From: Octopus sinensis
Lineage: Eukaryota
Assembly (NCBI RefSeq): GCF_006345805.1
Contig: NC_043004.1
Span: forward strand, 53,878,001-53,942,000
Length of the DNA stretch: 64,000 nucleotides
Direction of reading: 5' to 3'
Shown here in pieces: positions 12,480 through 25,689 of the stretch. The first letter of the stretch is position 1. Each line of letters opens with the position of its first letter. A model generated the notes under the pieces. It did not search any database. It was given only the letters and a program-made list of their open reading frames with translations, and was not told the origin of the DNA. Made by a program: the position numbers and the translations under genes.

Positions 12480-13070
12480 TTTTTTCCCCCTGTCCCTGCC
12501 TCTCAGCCTCTCTTCCTTTGCTTCCACCCATGCTGCCACACCTGCACCTACCTCTCCAGCACTACCATCCTCTCTGGACAGCCCGACCCCCACCTCGCAT
12601 ATCTTCCCTAACCTACTCCTTCCTCCTTCAAATGATCCCATAAACTGCCTGACCTCCTTGTCCATAGTTTCTTCCCTACCCCTGCCTCCCACCCTGCTTC
12701 CTTCAGCTTCCACCTACGCTGTCATACCTTCACCTCGAACATCTTCCCTAAACGACCCCAAAACTTGCGTGAACTCCTGTTCCACTGTTTCTTCCCCATT
12801 TCTACCTCTCAACCTCACTCCTTCCCTACTTCCACCAACGCTGTCGCACCTGCCCATACCTCTCCAACACCAGCATCCTCAATGACACCTATCACCGTCC
12901 CTATCTCGACGCCGCCTTCTAAACCTGCACCTCTAATTATGTAATTTACTGCATCTTCTGCTCTCTCTGTCCTTAAGTACCTCTCTTTATCTGATACTAA
13001 CCCTACAGGGATTCCCTCACACATTCCACATCTAATTATCCCCTCCACCTAAACATCTGCCAACTGCATA
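12480..13070. other. GC-rich, strongly strand-biased island; possibly a decayed retroelement ORF
   Basis: C/T-rich plus strand giving P/S/T-rich frames; motif ttccacc.a.gctg.c.cacctgc.c.tacctctcca at ~12522 and ~12830; no recognisable domain. Confidence 0.3.
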
Positions 13071-13147
13071 ACATGTTACGCTCAGCACGATCATGCCACT
13101 ATAAAAAAAATCCCATACACACTGTTTAACACAGTACCCACACACAC

Positions 13148-13506
13148 ACCAGACCTTTGATCATCTTTGTGTGAAAAACCTCCAGAACAGAATTTTTTAA
13201 ACCATTTCTGATATGTGCGTTCTGTTAAGCAATCAACACCATAAACTTCACATATCCCTTTGTGAACCTCGGTAGCTTTCTTGCCTTCATGGAAATAAAA
13301 GAGCAACATATGGCGAAAATGTTCGTTTTTGCACTTCATGTTAAGATTTCCACTGAAAACAAAATTAAGCGCAATTTGCTTTTAAATTACCTTACAAGTA
13401 ACGGATATCAAATGTCAAAAGGAAAAAACCCTAACGTCGCTGAAAAGATTTTGAGAAAAACCGTAACAATTTGCGAAAAACGAAATTACTTTCTTACCAA
13501 CCCAAA
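13148..13506 (-). mobile_element. Mariner transposon 5' remnant (HTH region + TIR)
   Basis: MKCKNEHFRHMLLFYF..GKKATE..ICEVYG..LTERTYQKWF..F.SG.FS..DDQRSG; TIR attactttcttaccaacccaaa at 13485-13506 resembles 2179-2201. Confidence 0.9.
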
Positions 13507-13531
13507 GTTATGTTTCGCCTCTGTGTGTGTG

Positions 13532-13588
<57 letters not shown>

Positions 13589-13809
13589 TGAGTGGAAGAG
13601 CTTTTGTCTGTTTATGTATAGCTGTCTATATATATATATATATATATATACATACAGGATGCGGGGAACAAACTCTGTGAGTGGGGGGGGGTAAGTTCTT
13701 TTGACTGTTCGGAATAGGCACATATCCATAGATTGCACTGTCCTCAGCTTGACAGCCAGATTCTCTGAAGTGTTCATATAAATTTCCTTTCCTATCTATC
13801 TATCTATCT

Positions 13810-16800
13810 GACATGTACGCTAGACTTAGGTAAGACACTTAGGCAGGGTCCCGGATACTGGAAACTAAACGCGTCTTTCCCATCGAGACAGGTTTTCAGA
13901 GACCGGATTAGCACACTAGTAAAGAGGGCTTTGACGGGAGCCATCATCAACAACAAATGGTGGTTTGCCCTCAAGAGAGCAGTAAAAGCAGAAGCGATTA
14001 GGTACAGCAAAGCACTAGCCATATATAGAAATAGTGTAGAGGGTGAGCTAGTTAAGAAGCTAGAAGAGGCAATTAGAAGCGGCATCGCATCCGACGTTTT
14101 GGCGGCGAGGTTGGCCCTCGACCAACACATCAACGCCAAACACGAAGGATGTGCTGTCAGAGCTAGGATGCGTGCTCTAAGGAACGAAGGTGTTGGAGCC
14201 GCGAGAGAGGCCCGGGTGGCAGAGGCGCAACAGGGCAACAAAGCCACCATTCGGTCCCTGGTAGATGAACAGGGGCGCGAACTGCTCGAGCCAAGTAAAA
14301 TGTGTGAGGCCTTTCAGCAGCATTTTGCCCGACTGTTCGGAACGAGTGGAGGGCAAGAACGTAGGGTGGACTTCAGTGCCTACCTACATAGCCTACCACG
14401 ACTCTCGACAAGAAAGGCAGGGTGCTGCGAAGGTGCCATCACGGCGGCGGAAGTGCAGGAAGCGATGGCAGAATGCTCGAGGGACAAATCGCCGGGTTTG
14501 GATGGTCTACACTACGAGCTTTACAATGGTATGCCAGACTTGTTTGGAGATCTCTTGGCGGCGGTGGCAGCAAAACTGGCAGCAAAACGGGAGCATTCCT
14601 GGTTTTGTGAGCCGAGGAACCGTAACACTGCTGAAGAAAGATCTAAACAAGGGAAATGTAATAGATAACTTTAGGCCCATCACTCTGCTTAATGCAGACT
14701 TGAAAATTTTGGGCAAGGTGCTAGCCAAGAGGTTGGCGCTTGTCATCGAGAAACTGGTCGACAAGGCGCAAACATGCGCCGTGCCAGGCCGGACCATCCA
14801 TGACAACCTCCACCTGATGCGCTACATCATAGACAGGGTAGTTAACGAACCTGGCATGGGTGGGGCGCTGATCAATTTGGATCAATCGAAAGCTTTCGAT
14901 AGGGTGGACCATCGATACTTGGAGGCGGTCCTCGGAGCGGCTGGCTTCGGTCCCGTCTTCCGCGGCTGGATAGCCGCTTTATACAGAGGCATCCGTTCGG
15001 TAATTCCCGTGAATGGACATCTATCGAGACCCTTCGACATCGCACGTTCGGTCCGTCAGGGATGCCCCCTCTCGTCGCTTCTATACGTATTGACACTCGA
15101 GCCATTATTGCGGAAGCTGGCAACCTTGAGAGGCATCCCGCGAGAACTGGGATGCGGGACGAGCGTGTCTGCATACGCGGACGACGTCACCGTCATAGTG
15201 TCTAGCCACGAGCACATGGAGCAGGTCGGCGAGACACTGAAAAACTACGAAGCGGTGACAGGAGCGAAAATCAACCGGGAAAAGTCAGTGGGCTTGCGAC
15301 TAGGCACCTGGAGAAGCAAGCCCATGCCGTCCACCAGCGCATCCATCGTGGGACGCTGGACCGACGGCCCGGTTGAGTTGCTCGGGGTCTGGTTTGGTCC
15401 GGACCTCCAAGTGGAGAAGAACTGGAACGAGATAACGAGTAGGGTGGTCACTCTCGCCCGGCAATGGGCCGAGAGGAAACTGTCCCTAAAAGGTCGGGCG
15501 GAGGTGGCGAACACGTACATCGCGTCCGTCATCTACTACCGCCTGACCGTCGTACCTTGTCCCGACCCTACCATCACCAAACTACAACGCATTCTCTTTC
15601 GCTTCTTGTGGAAAGGATGCGTCCCGATGGTCAGGCGATCCATTTGCTGTCAACACCCGTTAAAAGGAGGGCTGGGCATGCCATGGTTGATGATGCGCAG
15701 ACACGCGCTGAGACTGCGACATCTCTGGCTCTATGTAGACGACGGTGAACAGGTGTGGTCGCCGTTTGTGAGGCACGCTTTCCCGCAGCTCGTCTCCATG
15801 ACCGAACTGCAGTCGTGGATCAAAAAGAGGCCGAGGAAGGGCGAATGGCACCGCGAGTGTCGCGTTGCTCTCAAGCAACTCTGCCGTCCTGGGTCGACCT
15901 TGAGTGACTTCAACACAACCAAAGCATTCTATAGGGGTTTAGTGGAGGGGAGGTACGACGACGAGCTCGGGGCGAACCTGGACGTCGACGAGGAGTACCT
16001 GACCTGCCTGTTCAGGACGACTTTCGGGCCAGGGCCCATGGACAACTTCCAGAGATCCCTGGCAGTGCTACCGAGAAGCGCTACCCGTCCGGGATAAGCT
16101 CTACAGACACGGCTCGAGAAACACGGGGCCGACCTGCCCGAGATGCGGTCAGAGCGACGAAGCCGTTCTGCACGCACTCGTGCAGTGTCCAACAATTTCC
16201 AACCTGTGGGCTTATGTCGAATAACTGCTGTCATGTGTGGGACGAGTCGGTTTATCAGCTGAGTCTATCGTCAATATTGTCACGCCTCCTTCCTTCAAAC
16301 GGGAAGGAAGAGCTATTTTCATCATCCTTGTGGCTATGGCGAAAGAATGTATCTGGTGGACGCGTCTGAAAGGATTGGAGACAAACACTTTCCTCTCTGG
16401 TCAATCTCTCATCAACTTCTTCAAGTACCACTTGAAAAGGAAAGTGAGAGTAGAGAGGCAAGTTTTGTCTAGCGAATGTTTTAAAAAAAGATGGGTGAAT
16501 GTAGCAAGAATGGCACGTATGAATGACGAAGCCACCTTGAGCATAATCCTATGAACCCAGAAATTGAAAACAGAGAGTTGCTTATTCGCAAAAAAAAAAA
16601 AGAAATATAACATGTGACTCCATTGACCGAGGTTACCGTGGTCTTTTCCGTAGGCTTTTCTTTCCACGGGTAAACCTCACCTGTCCTCCCCTTTACACTT
16701 CATATTGACATTTCTGTGATAACGATCCCTATTGATCAAATTTTTTTTCCTCTCCCCCTTTTTTTTAACCCCCCTTTTTTGTCCTCTTTCTCTCCTTTTA

Positions 16801-16917
16801 CGAACCCTTTTGATCGAAACTCCCCCCTTCCTTTTTTTTTTTTTAAACCTTCAAAAGAAAAGCTCTACCTTGTAATTTGTTCTATCTGTGTGCAGCCCTG
16901 TGTGGCTAATAAAGAAA
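13810..16917 (+). mobile_element. L1/Tx1-clade LINE, 5'-truncated at the end of the APE domain; ORF2 frameshifted
   Basis: GPGYWKLN, KSPGLDG, NFRPITLLNADLKI, QGCPLS, YADD RT motifs; C-terminal CPRC..H..C knuckle near 16135-16190; frameshifts near 14575 and 16070; ORF2 stop at 16554; AATAAA at 16908-16913; (TATC)n on both sides. Confidence 0.95.
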
Positions 16918-16919
16918 CA

Positions 16920-16998
<79 letters not shown>

Positions 16999-17074
16999 TT
17001 AGATGCATACGTCTTTATATACATATATATATATATATGCATATGACATATATGTATACATATGTATATATATA

Positions 17075-17105
<31 letters not shown>

Positions 17106-17125
17106 GAGTGTTTGTGTGTGTGCAT

Positions 17126-17241
<116 letters not shown>

Positions 17242-17329
17242 GAAAATTTATTTGCTTATGCATTTTTCATTCCATAAAGCACAACTCATCGTTAAAAAAA
17301 AACAAATTTTAATTAAGTTTTGTGCACAT

Positions 17330-18260
17330 GTTACCGATAAAATTTCGATAAAATTTATCCTCTAAATCTGCATTTAACTTCCATGAATGCAGTACTGTCT
17401 GCTTCGAGCCTTTCACATGCCGAGATTGAAAGATCTTTATTCATTTCGGAGGTCAGCAGTTGTAGTAAAAGTAGTAGTTCTCTGGAAATAAATCTGTCGA
17501 GTTTGGAGGTTACAATGTTGGTGTAACAAGCTCGTAAATGTTGTCCGACATCCATTCTCGCCGCATTATGTGATTCTCAGAAGAAAATGGTGAGTCGTTT
17601 TGAAATACAATGTGGCTTTCCGGTGCATACATCGTTCATTGACTTCAGCATCCCAACATACCAAGAGAACTAATTCTTAAACTGTCAAGAAAGATATAAG
17701 CTGGAATGACACAACAAATTTTACTCATCACTCCTGAAGCTATCACAATCGCTGGAAACCTGCTGTGACTCAATTTGGAGACATCAGAACTATTTGCATA
17801 TCGTCATCTGTCATCACTCGAGTTAAATGTTGGTCTTGCTTGAAGTTTATCTCATCGGACAAAATAACCACTTGGCACTGATCGAATGGATTCGTGCAGC
17901 AAAGTCCATCAAACATCTGAAGCTTTTTGGCGTCAGCGCTCATTGCTTTATCAGGATCATCATGGATAATGTTTTGGGCCAACTGGCGAATTGCCGTCGC
18001 TTTACATTGTCCAAATTTTTAAATATTTATTTTTCTATCTTTCATACAGTTGAAAGAATTCCGTCAGAGGCAGACAGTTCCATCAAAACTTGTATTCAAA
18101 TTCTCTTCAAACTCTTAAAACTTTTGAAATCACTGCGTACTGCACATATCTTTTCATTTTTCATGTTAGCTCAAAGAACCTACTGGAAACTTTGGACTTT
18201 GCAAACCCCACAGCAAGTTCACTGTCCAAATTTTAGTACTATTCCTAAATATCTCCTAAA
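17330..18260 (-). mobile_element. Decayed Tc1/mariner-superfamily transposase (maT/DD37D-like)
   Basis: Broken frames: IIHDDPDKAMSADAKKLQ, ILSDEINFKQDQ, SKLSHSRFPAIVIASGVMS, VFQNDS, EWMSDNIYELVTPTL*PPNSTDL. Confidence 0.7.
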
Positions 18261-19757
18261 TTGTCATGCCAGCACAGACAAACAGCAGTCTTTTGGAGTC
18301 TGTTTTATTACAGATTTATGTGTATGTGTGTATGTGTTTATGCGTGTGTGTGTATGTGTCTGTGCGAGTGTGCGTGCCTCTGTGTGTGTATGTCGGTATG
18401 TAGGTATACACGCGTGGTTGTGAGTATTTTTATACATTCTATATTTTCGGCTGAGAAGATCAGTTCAATTAATATGTGCTTGGCCTTTGTCAGGGACATA
18501 CTGTTCTGGGTTCTTCATTCAGTATATTCTTCTCCATTCTGTTCATCTTATGTCAACATCAATCACTGCTAACACTTGTCTACAACATAAATTCTCCTCT
18601 ATTTCAATACATTACAAATGTTTTCACAATTATAATATTTCAACGCAAAACAAATCCAGAAACAAGCGGAAATAGAGGTTCCGTCATCGGTTTTGTTGAT
18701 CTTGAATTATTTCTGGTGAAACAATATGATCATCATTCCACTGATCTATATCTCCTATACATTATGCCTGGAAAAATAGTAGCGACAATATTGCCACGCT
18801 TTGATAGTAGAGAGAAAGCAATCATGGGACCCTGTTGTCAACGATAATATCACATTCGAAATATTTAAAATGTTTAACGATTGATTCTTGATTACTTTCA
18901 TAATATAGTCCCCGGCTGATAGGTTCCTGTGTTGGTTCTTAATTTGTGTTTTGTTTTTAATATAGCTTAATTAGATAAGTATCTACAGTTTAATAGAATG
19001 ATCTGCAGTTCCCGAGTGTAATCAGTTATTGCTGTGTCCTGTCTGTTGTTATGCCCAGTACTCACGACTAAACTAACTTAACGTATAAGTTACGAATTTT
19101 ACTCAACAAATGTATTGTATAAATTGTTAGATGGTGAAATTATATAAAAATTAATATGGAGAAAGATTGAAAGTTAATGATTACCCTGTGCCTGTTGAGA
19201 TCTCACTTCGTTTTAACAACCATTTCTAGTTTTATAATATATAATATAATTACAACTATAGGTAAAATTTAGTGTGTTAATTATGTTACCTCCGCCCCCA
19301 TCGATATGGCTACCCTAGCAGAATATCAGTGTTCTGCTACAATCTCTTACAGAGGCGTGGCCCCGGTTTTCTCAGACAAGATTGCATTGTTTCAGTACTT
19401 TCCTCTATTGAATAAACACCAAAGCTATATTCATTGTTTTTTAAACACAAGGCAGGCACTAAAGATATAGAGGGGATACATAAAAGAACACAGCTACGGA
19501 TGTAAAGATAAGCTTAGCTGTAGAATGAGTGCATCTTTCTCCATCTTTCCATAATAAAAACACAGAGGATATTAAAGAATCATGATGTGTGCAAAAAGAT
19601 AAATAATTAAATAATAAATAAAAGATGGTGCTATGTCTGAAGTTATTACAGCAAAGTTTGACTACAATCTTTCTAAATTGTGTTATGTAGTAATTCCAGC
19701 GCTGCTTTTTATTATGTAGAAGCTTAATATCGTAGACACTATTTCTCAGTCATATTA

Positions 19758-19790
<33 letters not shown>

Positions 19791-19894
19791 TTGTATATAT
19801 ATATACATATATATGTGTATATATATATATACATATATATGTATATGTATGTATATATGCATGTTCGTGCACAGACAGAGACGCAGACACACGC

Positions 19895-19973
<79 letters not shown>

Positions 19974-20114
19974 TATATATATATATATAGATAGATAGAT
20001 AGATACCTAGATAGATAGATATAGATAGATAGATACAGATATGTATATCGAGAGAGCGAGATGAACAAGAAGTAGGCACATAAATATATACGTGTACATA
20101 AATATATACATATA

Positions 20115-20153
20115 TGCATCGAATTTGGTAAACGGAAACTGAAAGAAGCCCGT

Positions 20154-20206
<53 letters not shown>

Positions 20207-20234
20207 AAATATATATTTGTATGTATATATATAT

Positions 20235-20280
<46 letters not shown>

Positions 20281-20490
20281 GTATATATGTATATTTGCGT
20301 GTCTGTTTGTCCCAACACCATCACTTGATAACCGATGTCGGTGTCTTTCCGGTTCGGCAAAGAAACCGACACAATAAGTACTAGGCTAACAAAGGATATG
20401 TCCTGGAGTCAATTTGTTCGCCTAAGATAGGCGGTACTCTAGCATGGCCTCAGTCAAATAATTGGAACAAAGTAAAGAATAAAAGAATTA
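20115..20490 (+). mobile_element. SINE family C, 5'-partial
   Basis: gaatttggtaaacggaaactgaaagaagccc, internal (TA)n, then tail matching 8980-9175. Confidence 0.8.
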
Positions 20491-21336
20491 CATATATATA
20501 CACAGCCGGTGTACACGGTAATTCTCGGGAGTAAATATGTTATAAGGAAACGCCTTTTTACTCTGATAGAAGAAAGCGATTTCGTTATAACTGCGACAAA
20601 AGGGGTATTTTTCTGTCACGAAAAAGTACAAAATTCTGTCAGCTGGAGGATGAGGAGATTGTTGGAGGTTGGCAAGATGCAAAGACATTATTCTGCTTAG
20701 TGACGGAATCTGGGAAATGTATAACTGCTCTCATTGAGAGAAAAAAGTATTGTTTTACCGTGAGAAAAACGCTATTGAGTTGTTAAGTGAAATTTGGCAA
20801 ACGAGGATCGAATCCACACTATGCCTGCATGAAGCCACTACAAATACGCTGTTGAATAAAATATTTATCTACTGTCATGAAAAAGTGTAATTGCAAAAGT
20901 GCACAATTATCGGAACAATGGGCATTCAAAAAAGTATGTATGAATAAAGTCTTTAAGGTTTAAGATTTAAATTAAGGACGTGCAATAATAATGTTTAGCA
21001 GTTCAAAACTGTGATTAGTAAAATGCAAAATTAGGTCGGCTGTTCGTGAGAATCAAATATTGATCACTTCTCTAATGTCTGCATATGGTATGGGTTATTT
21101 CCCTTTGGTTGTTTAAATAAAATATTAGTAAAATGTAGTTAATAGAAGGATCCATTCGAAAGGTACTAATATCGATTTTTTTTCAACCAACGAAGTATGT
21201 CACGGGGTTTCCAGGTATGAGTTTTACTCACGTGTCAAGTTTCATCAAAATCAATAAAAAGATGTAGGAGGAGTTAGCTAACAATGTCACAAACAAACAC
21301 ATAACGATTTTCCACATAAGTAGTTTATATATATAT

Positions 21337-21384
<48 letters not shown>

Positions 21385-21524
21385 TGGTCAGTGTAAGCAG
21401 TTGAATGTCAAACAAGTTGGGAGAAAACACTACCGTCGAATTCGTACGTGAAACTATGCGTACCAGTTTTTGTGATAGTTTTGCGATGATTTTGCAGCTT
21501 TACCATTAAAGTACATATATTCTA

Positions 21525-21760
21525 TTATTCTTTTATTCTCTTATTTGTTTCAGTCATTTGACCGCAGCCATACTGGAGCACCACCTTTAGTCGAACAAAT
21601 AGACCCAATGATTTATTCTTTGTAAGCCTACTACTTATTCTAACGATCTCTTTTGCCGAACCGCTAAGTACAGGGACGTAGTCACACCACCATCGGTTGT
21701 CAAGCGATGGTGGTTGGAGTGGGACAAATACAGACACACAAACACACACACACGCACATA
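21525..21760 (-). mobile_element. SINE family C, 3' half up to its internal microsatellite
   Basis: Reverse complement of the family C tail (ccgaaccgctaag, catcggttgtcaagc). Confidence 0.8.
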
Positions 21761-21786
21761 TATATATATTATATTATATATATATA

Positions 21787-22102
21787 GTTATCGCCATACT
21801 AATATGGCATTCTTAAAAATAAGAATAAAGCTGTCGCTGAAGCCATCGCCTCAAGCTAGCTACTTGACACACAAACTGCGTCTGTAATTAAACCTTCGAA
21901 CAGGGGAGGTCAGCGGCTTCAATCTACTAGTCCGACAGCTACAGACATGTTTCAGGGTTGTTGCCCCTTCTCATGGAGCTAATCAGCGACAGCTTTATTC
22001 TTATTTTTAAGAATGCCATATTAGTATGGCGATAACTATTAATTTCCAGAAACGCTGTCGTAATCTCTTTTAAAGAGACTTAGTAATTTTAATATTTCTA
22101 TT
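21787..22102. mobile_element. Fold-back element of the same family as 60800-61514, with a partial HHR
   Basis: Inverted arms ttatcgccatactaatatggcattc...gtcgctga / tcagcgac...ggcgataa; minus-strand tgagaa-gggg-caaca-accct-GAAAC-at-GTC-tgtagc at 21938-21973; both ends in (TA)n. Confidence 0.85.
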
Positions 22103-22121
22103 ATATATATATATATATAAA

Positions 22122-22153
<32 letters not shown>

Positions 22154-22166
22154 TATATATATTATA

Positions 22167-22209
<43 letters not shown>

Positions 22210-22239
22210 TATATGATATATATAACATAATATAAATTA

Positions 22240-25200
22240 GACATGGGCGATTGTTGTATTCTTTCTTGTCTTGAGGTTCACCGCCAAACGGTTGGGTGGA
22301 TTCGCATGAAAAATGGAACTCATGTGGGGACGGGTGCGTAGATTGGAATGCGCTTTGTATTTTTCCTACCCCACCATACTTACCGAGGGAATTGATTAAA
22401 ACGTTTCTAATGGAATTCCAGTTTGTTCCGCCATTAAAACAACCCGTTGCTCACACATCCCGCATATACCATTTCGCTAGCAACGAGGGGCGTACAGGAT
22501 GACAGTGAGTCAAAACTTTCGCTATGTTGTCTCTCTTCTTTCCCCTCTTTGTGGGGTTAATAATCTTAATCTTTACTTACAGTTTCTCATTCAAATTACA
22601 GAATAGGCGGAGTTGTCGGATTAAGACAGTAGGGTGGCAGAAAAAAAAATATATATTATGTTTTATGTGTGTGTGTGTTCGTCTGAGCCTGCCTTGTCAA
22701 GGTAACCCCCCGTTGTCAAAAAACCAAGCCCCGTTTATCTTACAGGAGTAATTTCCCTTGCAGTGGTTAATCGTAAATATCTTAAAGGCTACTTCAGAAT
22801 TTGTTACCAAGGGCTATGGGTGCCGGTATTATTTATAAACGCTATTTAAAAGCCAGATAAGTGTAACGCCGCCAATGGGGGCATCGAAAAGCCGACTGTA
22901 AAAGTCCGTTTACCATCCGGCCTCTGGCAAACAAAATATGGAAGAGTTCGGAGACACAAAGGTTGCACTGCCTTCTGCCCCTATCAAATGGGAGGGCCAC
23001 CGACAAAATTGACCATTCCAGCCTGTAGCTTGAGTTCGTATCCTTCAGTCGCCATATTAGCTTGTTCATGTCCCGAAAAGTTGCGTAATGGTTGGAGACT
23101 CGCAAAGCCAATCTTGACGATGAGGCCCCTACATAAGTGAAGACATCTGAGTCCGTGTAAACCTTGCATTGGTAGACGGCGTTTTTGATCTTGGAGTTCG
23201 CCGACGTGAATCTTATTCTGCTAGGATTAGTTTCTGAAATTAGAACTGCGTTCCTGTCACTATATTCGTTCCGAGAACTGCAGCCGCTTACTACTCTACT
23301 CTATTTTCCACTACGTCACTATTAACTATAGGAATAACCCCTGATTCTCCACTATCTATCAGAGTGCTGTCATTGCTAGTGCCCGTGGTGCTGCTATTGC
23401 GGGAAATGATGCTGGGGATGCTATTGGGGCTCTCTACCCTACTCCCATTGTTACCGTCAACCACAACACCCCTATTTATAACTATACCCCTAGTGGGTAC
23501 TCCCTGGCTGGAGCTGAGATTATGTGTCACTGTACTGGCTCTCTATCATTATTACTACTATAATTATTCCTACTGAGCATTAAACCGGGAGCGGAAGAGG
23601 CTGTGCCTCCGGAAAAAGGTGATAGGGTCTTAGTAAGTAGCCTATTATTATGGGAGGCGATTATCTGGGCGAGGTTTTTAGTGTTGGAGAAAGCTATCCT
23701 AACTTTATGCGAGTTAACCGTGGAGTAATATTTGGAATTTCTGGGGAAGTTATTGGCGATGGCTTGTCTAAACATGAGGGGGAGGTTAGTTCTAATCTGC
23801 TTACCAAAGGGAATTACAAACCATATATGCTTATTCCTATCTGTGCGATGGGTCGGGACGCTAGCTCTCGCATTCGGGTGGGTGATTCTCGGATGAATAA
23901 CGGGTCTTGGGTTAGTGTAAGATCTCCCGGACCGATAATTATCCTTGTTCACTAAATTAAATGCGGGAGCGACTGCCCCGGCATCCGCCGCGCTCCCGTC
24001 CTTACTTAAATTGTTTATGTTATTATAGACGGCCCTATCCTGATGACCGAATGATGGCATCGGAAGGGCCGGATCAATATAAATTACCTTCTGCCTATAA
24101 CCGGCCTTGGATAGTGCGGCGTTATAAAATTCCGCTTTCTGCATAAAAATATCGGCACTGGCGGACAAGCCAGATAATCTTAGAGAGATGTTTTTAACCA
24201 AATTGTCTGTTACGGTTTTGGCATGATTTGAGAAGACACTGACATACTTCAAATTAGTGTAAGGCTTATGGTAAGGGCAGTATGAGTCGCTATTAAGGTT
24301 AAGTGTAACGTCTAGGAAATTAGCCTTGGTGAGTTCATTATCAAAAATTATACTCATGCCCATTCTATTAAAAAACCTAGCTAACCTGCTCTTAGTTTTC
24401 TGCACTATTCTGTTCGTGGTGTTTTGCAGATAAAACAGACAATCGTCACGATACAGGCCGCCCGCGATCTCCGGGAATTGGTCGGACAATTCGTAGAGAA
24501 TATATATTCCGACCAAATCGGCTATCTGCGCACTATCCGAACTACCCATAGGCACATCAAATTCATTGGGAGTATCTTTACGGATCCACAACTTATTATC
24601 AAACTTAATAAACGATTTCCTGGCAACTAAAATGATATCTATCTCTTCTCTGGTGAGGCCAGCCTTGTTGTGAGCATGCCAAAGGGCCTTATTTAGCACA
24701 CTAGGGTTAATCGAGGGGTAGAAGCTGGCGATATCAAAACTGAATGAACCTAGTACGGTTCTTATTGGGGATGGAAGAGAACCACTTCACTACCTGCGAG
24801 GAGTTGGCCCAGAGGCTGAGCTTCAGCTTGTTTACTAAAGTAGGGATATATTTATCTAAAATGTACTTACTGATTATCCCGATATCAGATCTAGCAGGGC
24901 ATATGAGTCTTAGCGCTGGGTTGGTGTGGAAGTTCGGTTTATGGTCCTTCACTATAAATCTGGGTTGCTTAGGGCTAAGCGGCTGAGTTCTCATTTGAAT
25001 TCGGTGTTTAAATATTATTTCCTTAATTTCCAAGTTACCTTCCTCAGGGTACTCCAATTGGTTTTTCTATAATTTTTCTTGATCTCTTACCGAGTAAATC
25101 TAGGTACTGCTGCTAATGGTAGCTTGTATGTGTTCCTGGTCTTGTCGGACTAGACCAGGACTCCGTCCGTTCTATTAATGTCCTTGGTAATTTTATCTAG

Positions 25201-25560
25201 GTATCTGAGGTGGGCATTTCTCCTGGGTGACTTCCTGAACTTAATCTTTCTAACTATGTCCCACAAGTCGTCCTCAAACTTCTTCAGTCTTGGGTTAGGT
25301 GGCGGCGTATCCAATGTTTTAAAAAGCCGGCCGTATTCGGACGATGCTGTTGTCCGGTTCGATTTTAGATCTTCGTTCTCGTGGAAGAAAACGAGCCATC
25401 TTATCCGGTTTATGAATGCGTTGGTTTTACAAACCAACTCCTTAAGGAAGGCGTCCTTCGGTGGTATAGGAATATCCTTAAGGGACGCATCAATCTCGAA
25501 CAACTCCATTATTGGTATCGGTTAAAGTAGCAGTTTCTTGACGAAGCGGTATGTATTATG
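22240..25560 (-). mobile_element. Penelope-like retroelement, Naiad-like (RT + C-terminal GIY-YIG), apparently full length
   Basis: Start M..IDASLKDIPIPPKD; SDKTRNTY; FIVKDHKPNF; FIQFDIASFYPSI; VPMGSSDSA; LYRDD; NFLDVTLNL; PYHKP; HIWFVIPF; EN AVYQC..YVG..R..NH, LIWRLK, CNLC, RCPH; 3' end at (TA)n. Confidence 0.9.
22842..25509 (-). pseudogene. Disrupted PLE polyprotein ORF (~890 codons)
   Basis: TAG at 25150-25152; frameshifts near 25100, 24737 (extra T in FIQF-DIAS), ~23540 and ~23290. Confidence 0.88.
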
Positions 25561-25689
25561 TGAAATAGAAAGATGAATAATCTTGTAGCAGATTAATCAA
25601 AAGTTTAGCATATTATTGTGTGCATATATATATATACATATATGTATATGCATATTATTGTGTGCACACGAAGTCATGAAACACGTGCA

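Noticed and set aside
13804-16667. Antisense and alternate-frame ORFs over the Tx1 element
   Set aside because: By-products of a GC-rich coding region; no independent evidence
22240-22840. Hammerhead in the Naiad-like 3' region
   Set aside because: Candidates (ctgaagt..., ctggaat...gaaacgtt) lack a proper core or helices
22240-25509. Selenoprotein-type Naiad (in-frame UGA plus SECIS)
   Set aside because: The breaks are a TAG and single-base frameshifts (the TGA at 24734 arises from an extra T in FIQF-DI); no SECIS-like stem was recognised in the 3' region
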